From assembly GCA_964252035.1 (NCBI GenBank), contig OZ176204.1: a stretch of DNA of 64,000 nt; one strand, written 5' to 3'. Under the pieces are notes generated by a model. The model ran no database searches and was not told the DNA's origin. It worked only from the letters and a program-made list of their open reading frames with translations. Position 1 is the first letter of the stretch; each line of letters opens with the position of its first letter. Positions 12,401-23,100 of this stretch are shown here, one piece after another. Position numbers and translations under genes: made by a program. The DNA is from Podarcis erhardii. Lineage: Eukaryota.

Positions 12401-15400
12401 CCCAAACTGGACTGGGATCCAGCAAGCACAACTGAATTCAAACAGCGTGCCAAACCACTGATTACAATTCAAATTTGCAGCTTGAGTTTCCAACAAGGAA
12501 ATGAGTTAATATTTAAATTCTGCTTTAACCAAGCAGTATGATATTTGATAAAAGCAAGACTCAAAGACTTATTGGTTTGTCTTAAGATTCTTTTATCAGT
12601 GAACCTTGCCTCAGAAGTATGCATGCAAGTATCCTATGAAGTCTTTTTTATTACTAAACATGTTTAAAATTTATGAATGTTATTTTTTGTATTCATTTTA
12701 TGGTAGCTGCATTCCAAGAAGGCTTTTTGATATTAACCTGCAGTAAATATATCTGAACCACCTCAAATGGTTGAAGAGGCTGCCAAACATATTTTTAAGA
12801 TACTGGGAGAAGGAGGCAATACTCATGAACCCAAGCTGAAAATGAAACCAATTTTTAAAAACATTTGACTCAATACGTCCTGGGCAAAAACGAGTACGTA
12901 TCTGCCACCTTTTGGCATACTATAGCGGCCACAAATAACATTACTGCTTGAAATTGCTTCCTTGGTAGCAACAGCCTCATGCAGTGAGCCATTTCATATG
13001 TACTGCCTCACCTTGATGGTCAACTCCCACCACATTTTGTCTCCACACCAATGCCAAACATTCCAGCTTCTGTGAACATGGAGATAAATGAAATAGTTGA
13101 GCCTGATCCTCATAGTGAAGTGATGCATACAAAACATCTCACCACATGGAGGCAGTTTCAGATAAACCAAAACCAAAGCCCTCTCCCCCGTTGAAAATCC
13201 TTCATCTGTCATGGACTCTTTACATTCTCCAGGAAAGTGAGGAAGGTCCTTGTCATCCATTATCTTAAAACTGACATGCAGAGCTGAAGTTTTTTGTTTT
13301 AGTTGTTGCTACCTTGCTATACAAGGAAGCATCTGGCAAGAGGAAAAGAGATATCTTCTCAAGTATCATTTCCTGATTAAATACTAGATTGGGCAAACTG
13401 CCAAGATTTACTCTGAATTGAGGATGACCCCTTAAGGCAGGCATGTCCAAAGTTAGGCTAAGGGGCCTAATCCAGCCTGCCATTCTATTTAATTTCCTGG
13501 GGTAAAATCCTAAAAAAAACCAAACACCTCAACAACTTTGGGGTAAACTTCAATTCTAAAAAAAAAGCTCAACAATTTTGATCGGCCCTCACGCATGTTC
13601 ACTTCATCAAATCTGGCCCTCTTTGAAAGAAGTTTGGACACCCCTGCCTTAAGGGGGGAACATAATTGATAGTTTTAAACATGATTTGTCTTGTCTTCTT
13701 GAAGATTTCTGCCTTTCATGCCACTGAGAGCCACACATCAAACTGTTAGAATTATGCTGAACATTAAATAGGTGAAAACCTACTTAATATTCTATTACTC
13801 TAGGATCAATTAGAACAGGAGTGACTAATCTTTTTCACCCTGAGGGCCACACTAGGGGCTGCCACCCCTCCAAGTTCTGCATGCCAGTAGTGGGTGTGCC
13901 CAAAGAACATGTGTACGCTCTCCTACTCAGCTATGCTGGCATACAGTTCACCATAGAGGCAAGCACACATGCAGTAGAGTGGGGTGGAGAGGGACAGCCC
14001 AGCAGAGGAGGAGTGAAGTTTCCAGCATTCTTTCTTTGCACTTTTTCTTTGCACTCTAGTGCTAGGGTAGGAGGCCTTCCTCCTACCTCAATGCTATAAT
14101 GGAGATGAAAAGCCAACAGTTTCAAATGTATTTTTACATTCCAAAGCAGCCTTTTCTCTCTTTTGTGCAATGCCACTGCAAGACAACACAGGAAACAGAA
14201 AGAAACCTTTCTTCCCGTTTCCTGAGCTATAAGGCCTTCTTGCAATTGTATCGCACCAAAGAAGAAGAGGTGCATTTGAAAGCTAAGCTGAGGCAAAGGA
14301 GCCCAATTTTTGGAGAGCTGGTGAGGCACCCTACAGCAATAACACTATGCCACCACAGTGGGAGACTTGCCTCATTGCACTCATGCAGTGAAAACTTTGG
14401 AATGAAATCCATCTCATGCAGACTTAAGTTGCACTCATCACTTCCTCTAACAAAGAGATCAGGTAGTAAGTGATGGCAGAAATGGAACTAATGAGAAAAA
14501 AAGAGAGGGGTACCAGCATGTTCAGTGAAACCCCATAGTTTGCAAAAGTATAAAAAATGTTTTTAAACAAGAATCCCAAGTGGCAAAGCCCTCAATGAGG
14601 CCTGAGAATACTCAGTACATATGGAAAGTTGACTGTCAGATGGAGAAAATCAACAGGGGTGAAGGTGGAATTGAGATTTGTGGAGGATAACAGAGCAGAT
14701 GTAATGGTTGTACACAATTCCTCATCTGAGTTAAAAGCTATTTTTTCATAATAGGAAAAAAACTCAGGACTACTTGCAGTGACCCCAATTAACATCTGAT
14801 TTAATACTTCAAACTGTGTTACAGAAATACACAAAGCGAATAATATTTCAGCTGTCCCTCAAATCATAAGGAATGAAAGGAGAACCACTTAAGCAAATAG
14901 CTCAGAGTAAAGAGCTATCTTATAATGCCCTCCTCAAGACTCTACAATTAAAAAAATTAATAGAAGGAAGGGAAATCTGTCTTTATTCTATTTAGGCAAA
15001 CTGAAATCGATAATATGTCATCACCTGTTAAAATAATGATCATGCAAGCACCTGAAATTATGTAAATAAGTGCTTCATTAATAAAAAAATGATTTTTAAA
15101 TGTTTGCTAGCCTACCTGTCTTATGAATAATTGCAAAGTAACATAACATTTTTCATACAGAAGTATAGTTCCTTCTTACAATAGGAAACAAAGACATTTA
15201 ACTGCACTCACTTTCTATTCCTTATTATTTAGCTGCCTAAAATAACTTAGCTGTTTAAGTTGAATGTATTTTTCCTAATATGAAAGCAGAAAATATTTAC
15301 CAACCTGAATTGCTTAATTATTTTTTATTAGATTGTTAATATACCTGAAGTATATAATGACAACACTTTCCAAGTAATGTGTATCAGCACTTTGGATAAT

Positions 15401-18014
15401 GTATATTTACCTATATTGTTAGCAAATTCATTATAGGTATAAAAATTAACACAAAATAAAATAGAATAACAATGTGCAATTTGAAATAGTCCAGCTATAG
15501 TGTACAATTAAAGGAGGATGTAAAAACTGGAACCTTCAACTTACTGTGAAAGTTATCAGCATTTTTTTCTATAGTAAAATATGCCTTATATGCTGTAGGA
15601 CCGAATCATATTGGTCTATTTCTGCATTATTTCCCTTTAATTAAAATATTTATACACCTTTTTTCATCAATAATTTCAAATCAGTGTACAAAAAATAAAA
15701 ACAAGTAATACAACATACACAGAAAGCAGCAGCAGATAAAAGCACAATTAAGTGATATAATACAGCAATCCTATATAGTACTCTCTTACTGAAGGGCAAG
15801 TTCCACTGAACTTCATTCTCAATAGACATACATATTTAGAATAGAAAAATTCTTTTAAATGCCTGAGTAAATACAAAATGTTTTTGTCCAGTGCCTAAAA
15901 GATAGCAATGGTGGCATCAGGTATACTACCCTGGGGACGCATTCTATAGCCAAGACAAAAGATGTCCTTGCCCTTATTGTAACAAATACAATCTCTGATA
16001 TTTGGTATTTGAAAGAGAGCATCAGTGAAAGACCCTCTGACTTGGGAGGAAACCGATTGATATGCATTTTATGTTTTTGATCTGCTTTATGCATTTACAT
16101 TTGGCTTTGGACCAGAGATAGGACCTTTTCATTGGTGTGCCCCAGATGTGTAACTTCACAATGTTTTTGGCACTGGGAACAGCCATACTTCTCCCTATTT
16201 TAAAATGTTGCTTCTATTCTTACTGATCCTCTTTATTGGTGTTGTTTTTGCTTTTATGTTAATGTTCAATTTTAAATCATTGGAAACTTCCACTGAGAGG
16301 CGAGATGGAAACCTTTTAAAAACTGAAAACCAGAACTGTCTTCTTAGCAAAGGCAGCCCAATGTCCATTCTTTATATAATCCTTTCAACCAATTTATCAC
16401 AGATTTTTTCATATACCCCCTCACCAAGGATCTACTAGCCAAGAGGTATCTGGGCTGCTATAGTCTGTGTGTACTACAACTCTAGTGCTGGTATTTGTAT
16501 GGGTGTACTGTGAAGGCATAGAGAACAGCAACAACATAGAAGAACAAATGAGAGATGGCAGGTTGTGTAATAGCTCCTTAAATGAACAGCTGCTGCCAGT
16601 AAACTCAGCCAGTAATGAATTCCATTCTAGCAGCATATACAAAGATGGCTAATATAACTGTCGACAACACAGACAGCTCAGTGCACAGAGGCTGTAATGT
16701 GCAGCTGCAATTGTATAGTAACTTCAGTACTGAAAACTTATCTGTGCCTAGTTCAGTGCACAATTGTGATAGTCATGCATCACTTCTCATAGTATGTTAC
16801 CAAGCTGGAAGAGGTGAAGTCCTGTTGGTTAGCAGCTACACATTGAAGAAGTTGTGACGATTGGCCTCTAGACAAAAAAATCAAGCTCTACTATGCTACC
16901 AGTTCTAGCCTAAAAGATAATGTACCAATCTTGTAACTACAGTTCACTTTTATTTGCACTATTTTAATTGGTACCTAACTTCCCAATAATTCCTTACAAT
17001 GTTAAGCTTTTGTTCTCAATGCAGAATTCCAGCCAAGTTATCCTTCTATTGAGGGTTGGACTACCAAGTTGATCTGTTTTTTAAAATCAATGCATGTTTC
17101 AACTGTCTGTTAAACGCATACTCAATTTATGTTGGTAATTTAATGCCAGGTTACAAGAGTGTACAAGAGCAGGAGGCAACAGAGGAAGACGCAGAACAAT
17201 TCAAACTAAAAAATATGTCATAACCACAAACTTTGCTTTCGAATTGCTGCAACAGTACTCCTTTAGAAATAATACTGCTTAGCAATATTGTTTCTATGTT
17301 TAATTTTCTAATGTCACTTCCTGAATTACTTCAATTTTATCTTGATATTTGGATAGCTTTATCAAACTAATCTCTACATTTTAAAAGCACTTTTCCATAG
17401 AAAAGTTGTATTATGTTTTAAGAGAGTTCTGGGTTATTTTGGCATGTCACAAAAGTGGAGAAAAATTGGGACCTTAGGGGCTAAATGTGATGAAGGAAAG
17501 TAATTATTGTTTAATAACTGTTAGACAATTATGCAAGTCAATGCTGACAATCCTACTGTTAAAAATAACCACACTTGAATAATACTTTGGTAAAGTTGGG
17601 CTTATGTAAATAGCCCGTGCTTAGTCAAGTAGCATATGTTTCTGCATGTCATGTAATTAATAAAAACAACATGGTGATGTGGTATTATTCTGCCATGTCA
17701 CAGAACTGAAATGTTAAGAACGTAGTTTCCATTAATTCCTCTTTGCACACATTTGAGGATCAAGAGAGAAGAAACAGGAGCCATCTATGGCTGATGGAGG
17801 AGCATTCACAAACACGGTGGGATAAAATACTTACCTGGGGGACGGTAAGCTGTGACTTCATGTTGCTGCAAATACTTACCTTAGCTTATGGTAGATGGCA
17901 AAGACAGTGCTGCAGCAAGAGAGAACAGGTGGGGCTGTCAGAGCCCCCTTCCTCTCTCTCCATGTAATATTTATAGGATACTTACCCAGCGGGAATACTA
18001 TTCTTCTTAACCAT
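3417..18014 (-). CDS. DUSP11/PIR1-like RNA 5'-triphosphatase paralogue (RNA/RNP complex-1-interacting phosphatase-like); 3' end not resolved
   Basis: Six phase-consistent GT-AG exons: 17986-18014, 7211-7286, 5948-6079, 4866-4989, 3553-3613, 3417-3463. Spliced: [156 protein letters not shown]. Matches recalled DUSP11 blocks ([55 protein letters not shown]). Confidence 0.93.
3553..3613 (-). CDS. Catalytic P-loop exon of the DUSP11-like gene
   Basis: ttttaaatag|CAAAGCTC...TGTAG|gtaagt; encodes [19 protein letters not shown], with the HCX5R motif. Confidence 0.93.
4048..4245 (-). mobile_element. 5'-truncated Sauria-type SINE
   Basis: ACCTTT-type tail (AAAGGT on plus), ctcatctc and ggtcatgtggccagcatgac blocks; 12-bp TSD GGGGGGATCAGG at 4036-4047 and 4252-4263. 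Confidence 0.8.
7571..7936 (-). mobile_element. Sauria SINE, full length
   Basis: ACCTTT tail; tRNA-like head with B box GGTTCGAATCC on the minus strand; closely similar to the copy at 56445. Confidence 0.9.
11297..11505 (+). mobile_element. Old tRNA-derived CORE/MIR-like SINE
   Basis: B box GGTTCAAATCCC, MIR-like core (gggtcagtcac...gtgaggataa-like), A-rich tail. Confidence 0.6.
13438..13646. mobile_element. hAT (Buster/Charlie-type) MITE
   Basis: TIR caggcatgtccaa / ttggacacccctg; 8-bp TSD CCTTAAGG. Confidence 0.8.
15855..16190. mobile_element. Two ancient L2-like 3'-end relics in opposite orientation
   Basis: Degenerate RAFSVAAP.LWN.LP...FK..LKT.LF-type coding on minus (15855-16020) and on plus (about 16110-16180). 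Confidence 0.4.
17880..17909 (-). CDS. Candidate 30-nt in-frame cassette micro-exon of the DUSP11-like gene
   Basis: Acceptor ttctctcttgctgcag, donor AAG|gtaagtat, phase 2 to phase 2, stop-free (adds TVFAIYHKLR). No transcript evidence. Confidence 0.35.
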
Positions 18015-18019
18015 GATGA

Positions 18020-19260
18020 AAGCAGGAGTGGACAAGAGCGCGAGGCAGCAGAGAAAATGGGCAGCACTGCAGCAAATGAGAGAGAACCGCGCCGTTAACC
18101 CGGTGCCAGTCTCTTCCTCCAACTCTCACAGAGCTGAGAGCCCTCAAAGGCCTTTGTCGGATGCAATGGTGGTAGCTCACCAGCCATGCATAAAGCAAGG
18201 GAGCAGAAGGTCTAGCTTTTGTTGCCAAAGAGGAGAGCTGAACCCTCACCCCGCACTTATCTCTCCACAGTCCAGCCCCATACCACCACACCAACCTTAC
18301 TTTGAACACAGGAGAGCACAGGAGGGGGGGGGGTCAGACTGCGGGGAGATAAACGGGGGGAGGGTCCCAATAAACCCAGTTTGCTTCCCAAACCAGACCC
18401 TTGCCCCCTCTCTACTGGGGCACTGGGAAAGAAGAGCCTGCTCGACAAACAAACACCCCTCACCGTTTGCTTGGTCTTAAGTGCACGCACCCGAGGAGGT
18501 GGAAATGAGTGCGGGGGGGGGGTTAGAGGAATTAGCAGCTGGTCGGCTAGCGAGGGGGGGGGCAGGTTTCTGCTTCCCCTCCCCCCGAAGCGTGGTGGGG
18601 AGAAAAGGGGGCGCCACAGACTCCATAGGAAGACCCGGCTCCCCGGCGACGGACACCAAGGTTGGGGACCTCGGCGCCGGGCCCAAAACAAGAAGGGCGT
18701 GTAAACTATCTGCGCACCGAAGCCTTGAGGCCCAGAAATCAACCGAGCTGCGGCGTGGCCTTCACCAGGCCTCGCAAGAGGACCGGCGGCGACGGCGGCA
18801 AAAGCGGGTGGGCGGCTGCTCGTACCCTCAGAAACGCGTTTTCCTCTCTCCAGAGAGAAGCGAGCGGACCCAGCGACGGGAAAGGCGTCCTCCTTCACGC
18901 TCCGGCACTGCGCATGCCCAGCGGTCGGTCAGAGCGGCAAGCGCATGCCCAGCGGCGCTCATTAGAGCGCATGCTCTGTTGGCAGCTTCATTTTCTGGCT
19001 GGATGACGAGCGGGGCGGGCGGGAGGGAGGCGGTGCGCGTGCTTGTTTCGCTAACGGTAGAAAGGTTACGGTTATAGCCAGGGCGGGAGAGGACGGTCTC
19101 TCTGCTTCAGAGCGGGTTGCCGTTTCACTTTGCCTCACCCTAAATGGAGCTGGGACTTGGCCGGCTGAGGAGACGGTTCTCTCCCTTCTAGCTCACCTCA
19201 GGAGGAAACGGTCCAGCTAGTCAGGAATGCGGGCGGGGGGGGGGGGGAGAAGGAGTTTCA
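18020..19260. promoter_or_regulatory. CpG island / bidirectional promoter shared by the DUSP11-like gene and CC2D2B
   Basis: Abrupt GC- and CpG-rich stretch in an AT-rich background, between divergent genes. Three GCGCATGC (NRF1-type) motifs at about 18910, 18941 and 18967; GGGCGG GC-boxes near 19016 and 19231. Confidence 0.8.
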
Positions 19261-19360
19261 GTTTTTGAAGAGGTGGGTGCGTGCCTATCAGTGCATTTCT
19301 GTGCTGGGGTCAAAAAAGGGGAAGAATAAGATTTTGTCTTACTGCATTTTTATTTTCTAG

Positions 19361-19508
19361 GATAACTCAGTCAGTAGAGCATGAGACTCTCCATCTTTTT
19401 TGGGGGGGGGTGGGTGTTTGAGCCTCCTGTTGAGTGAGAGATTCCTGCATTGCAGGACTAAGATGGTCCTCGCTGGTCCCTTCCAACTCTACAGTTCTGC
19501 GATTCTAA
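19361..19508 (+). mobile_element. tRNA-Lys(CTT)-derived SINE with a CR1-type tail
   Basis: Head ctcagtcagtagagcatgagactct; tail ggtcccttccaactctacagttct..gattct. Confidence 0.75.
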
Positions 19509-20077
19509 GAACTTAGGACTTTCTGGTTCTAAACCTCTGGACCATGTTTATTGACAATAGCAAAACTCCTATTCTCAGTCAGAACTTGGTGGTATTAATG
19601 CACTTCTCAAATAGGGCTTCTCAAGTTGGGTGCTTATTTCTTAGACTTGCTTGCATTCCATTGTTATCTTGTGGCAGCCACTTGAAACAATATTGCTTTC
19701 ATTGCTTAGTTGCTGTAACAGGCCTGCACAGCTATTTCATAGAACTCACAAGCTGTCAAATGTGGCCTGCCAGGGGATTTGACAGCTGCCACTCAAGTGT
19801 GCTTGGTATATGAGATGTGGTTGACTTGGAATGTTCCAGGTCACACAGAGCTTCTGTAAGCACATCAGCACACGCTTCTTCTGCATTCTATACCTGCACT
19901 CAATGAATGAGCAGTACTGGCACAGAAACATTCTGTACTAGGCAAAAGAATAAGATGAGCTGTGATAGACACAAATATGTGGAATGGAGTAAAGATGGAC
20001 TGGTTTTTACATTTTAATATTCTGCATATTCCTTCCCAGTTTCCTTGATGACCAACTGAATCCAGTTTTTATATAAA

Positions 20078-20125
20078 ATGGATCCTGAAAAAGAATTAGG
20101 AATACTACTGGATAGAAAAACAAAG
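20078..20125 (+). CDS. CC2D2B: Candidate first coding exon of CC2D2B (GC donor)
   Basis: taaaATGG strong Kozak context; [16 protein letters not shown] then AAG|gcaagc; phase 0 fits exon 21259; resembles the MNP... start of the paralogue CC2D2A. Confidence 0.5.
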
Positions 20126-23100
20126 GCAAGCTATGAAGACTATTTTTAAATGTTTACATTATTACCCAGCTACAATGTCCTAATAATTAGATTTGTTGAT
20201 CAGTTTTTTTATTCTAGATAAGATAATGATCATAATAACAGGCATATGTTTATTATTATACCCCAAGAATGTACTGCAATTAACAATTAATATGGTTATT
20301 CTGAATTTCTTATAATACTCCTATAGATAATAGACTTAAGTTTATTTTAAAAACAAATACATATAAATTATGGCTGCATTCACACAACACTTTATTCTGT
20401 TTTCTGGATATTTCCCTAATGGTTAAAATCCCAGGCAAGCAGATGCCTCTTTGGAGGTGAGGATGTGATTGCTTACTTATTAAAACTGAAATTTATTAAT
20501 GCAACAAGCTCACACATACACTATGTAAAAGAGTGTTAGTTTGCCACTTCCCCTTCCCTGCACTCTCTATCCCTGCCTCTCTTCTCCCCCAACTTCATAC
20601 AGTATACTACATTAATGTCTCACATCAAATGTAACAGATTTGTAGAAAAGACTCTACAACCTGCAAATAGAGGCAATGCACGTACTTTTGTAACTCAAGG
20701 AAATCTTTAATAAAAATTATTTATAAAAATCCTGAAATTAATTGTTATTGTTATTTATAACGACAAACAAAATTGTTATAGTGAACATCCCTACGTTGCA
20801 AGAAGCCTAACCTTAACAATACAGTATAATCAAATATTTTTAAAGGCAGCATGTCATGGTACTGAAATTTATTGAAAAGCCTGAGGTTATTTAGTGTAAG
20901 AAGATAACTTGGCTAGTGAGATTTAGTTCCCAAATTATGCATCTACATGTAGTCCCTCTTATTTATTTATTTACCACTTGACTATGATAGTCAGTTTACA
21001 ATAATACAAACAGTTTACAATAATACAATATAAAAAGTAAAAAAAAAAGTTAAATCTATAACATCTGACTTGGATTGAAATGCTTGCTGGAGTAAAAAAA
21101 TATATATATTCGGTAGGTGTCAAAGGTTCAGTTAGGAAGGAGTTCCCTAAAATTGACTTCATCCTTCTATGCAACATCACACTTTTATTTACATTTGTTT
21201 ATGAAGTTGTGTATCATATAGATTATGATTTTAGATAGTTTTCTTTTTTATTATCCAGAAAGAAAAGGTTCAGGAAAGAATTGCAAGGAAAAGTAAATCT
21301 TTACAGAAAAGAAGTGTCAGAAGAAAGGTACGTTTTACCCCATCACATAGCATGCAAAATATTTACTGGAGCAAGAGTTTGGAAAGCATTTGCTTTTTAA
21401 TTTTTTTTAAAAATAATCTCTTCTCTACAGAGCTTTCATGGAAAATGTATTTTCCCCCAAATCAGTTTTATCTTGAAAGTGAAATCTTAACTGCGCAGTG
21501 CCATTTTATTGCACGTATGGGTGAAGATATAATGACATCAGGGTAAGTTGCTCTAGACCAGCTTTCTTCAACCTGATACCTCCAGATGTTTTGGACTACA
21601 ATTTCCATCATTCTTACTAGCCAGTGTGATCAATGGTCAGGGATCATGGGAGCTGTAGTCCAGAGCACCTGGAGGGAAACACCAGGTTGGAAAGCTAGTA
21701 TTAGACATTATGAAGCGAGGCACTTCAACTAAGGTTCCTGTTTTTGTAATCATTTCATATTGTAATATTTGGTTTTGCATTCACTTCAAAGACTCATTGG
21801 TGGAGCACTCAAGGGCTTTGGGGGCCTTTCTCTATTTTCTTTTAGTCCTTCAGAATCTCTCAAAAGGCCACTTTAGAAGTTCTAAATACAATAAGAGCCA
21901 TGGCAGAGGAAGGGGGGGGGTACGGATCTGCCCCAGGTGTCATCACGGGGGGGGGGGGCATGACAAAATGACAAAAATATGAGGTGTTTTTGTTTGTTTG
22001 TTTGTTTGTTTGTTTAAATGGGCTCATGAAACTTTTTAGTTCAGTCAATGAACATAACAAAACAGCTGGCACTGGGCGCCACACGGGGGGGCCAGCACTT
22101 ACCGCGGGGCCTGCAGCATGCCCAAGACACGTGTCTCTCCTGGGAGTGATGTAGTGGCTTGGGGCCTGCAGGCTCCGCACTGCCTAAAATGGCAGTGTGG
22201 GACTTGCGTCTGCCCTCCACCTCTCCCTCAGCCGCCCTACAGCTGAGGGGGAGGTGGCGGAGAGGCTCCACGCAGCGCGCCCCACCCCTATGGGCGGCTC
22301 GCTCCATCCCCAGCTTCAGGACACGCGTGCCGCACTTGGCACCCAAGCGGGTAGCTACGCCGCTGAACAAGAGGAACTAAAATGGAAATGAGCTTTTGAG
22401 AACTCCGTTATACATATAGATACATTTGTTGAACACATGGGACGTCTTGTATCTTGGACAATTAAATGTTTATAGCATGTTGACCAACTCTAAATGTTAT
22501 TTTGTTTCTAATATGAAGATCATTCTTCTTTGTTTATTCCATTTACTATCTGAATGATGGCATAAACCTTGCCTGCATCACAACGTGAAGTTTTTGTAGG
22601 TTGCACACTAGTAAACATTTTGGATGGGGTGATGGTATATGATGTATACAGCTGAAAAAATGAATAAAAATGTGAGGGAATAGTTTTGATCATTTCATTT
22701 CAACTTTTCTCTTTTGGTAAATTGTTTAATGTAGCAAACTGAAGATGACATACATGTTGATAGAAAACAAAAAGAAACCCTGGACCAAAATCCACAGGAA
22801 GGTAGCTCAATGTTTTTACTCCTTACCAAGTTGTAATATATCACAATGAAGTTCAAGGGCATTTCCACAAATGTGGCTCAGATTAAATTTAGATGTTATT
22901 CAAACGTCAAACCTGCATATGACCTTTTCCTGTTTTCATTCTATTCTAAAGTACTGTAATAATATTAGCACTTGATAAAAAATAATACAGAATATTCTGA
23001 TGTGCTAGAATTAGAATATTCTAATTTTAGATTCTTGTCAACTTTTTGTGCAGATGTTGCAACTTGAAATCATGTGTTTTCTGCATTTTTCTTGTGCAGT

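Noticed and set aside
14099-14834. Overlapping 60-130 aa ORFs in intron 1 of the DUSP11-like gene
   Set aside because: No homology I can recognise and no consistent splice signals.
16467-16857. Two adjacent plus-strand ORFs with protein-like composition
   Set aside because: No domain motif or exon structure recognised; possibly a decayed repeat, unresolved without a search.
17828-17838. ATACTTACCTG, identical to the 5' end of U1 snRNA
   Set aside because: Similarity stops after about 13 nt; it is the reverse complement of a consensus 5' splice site, not a U1 gene.
18013-19077. Long ORFs over the CpG island (155, 198 and 213 aa)
   Set aside because: Low-complexity R/G/A/P content with no recognisable domain, as expected from stop-poor GC-rich DNA.
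19040-19130. Possible RFX X-box for the ciliary gene (gtttcgctaac, gttgcc)
   Set aside because: Only half-site or poor matches to GTTNCCATGGNAAC.
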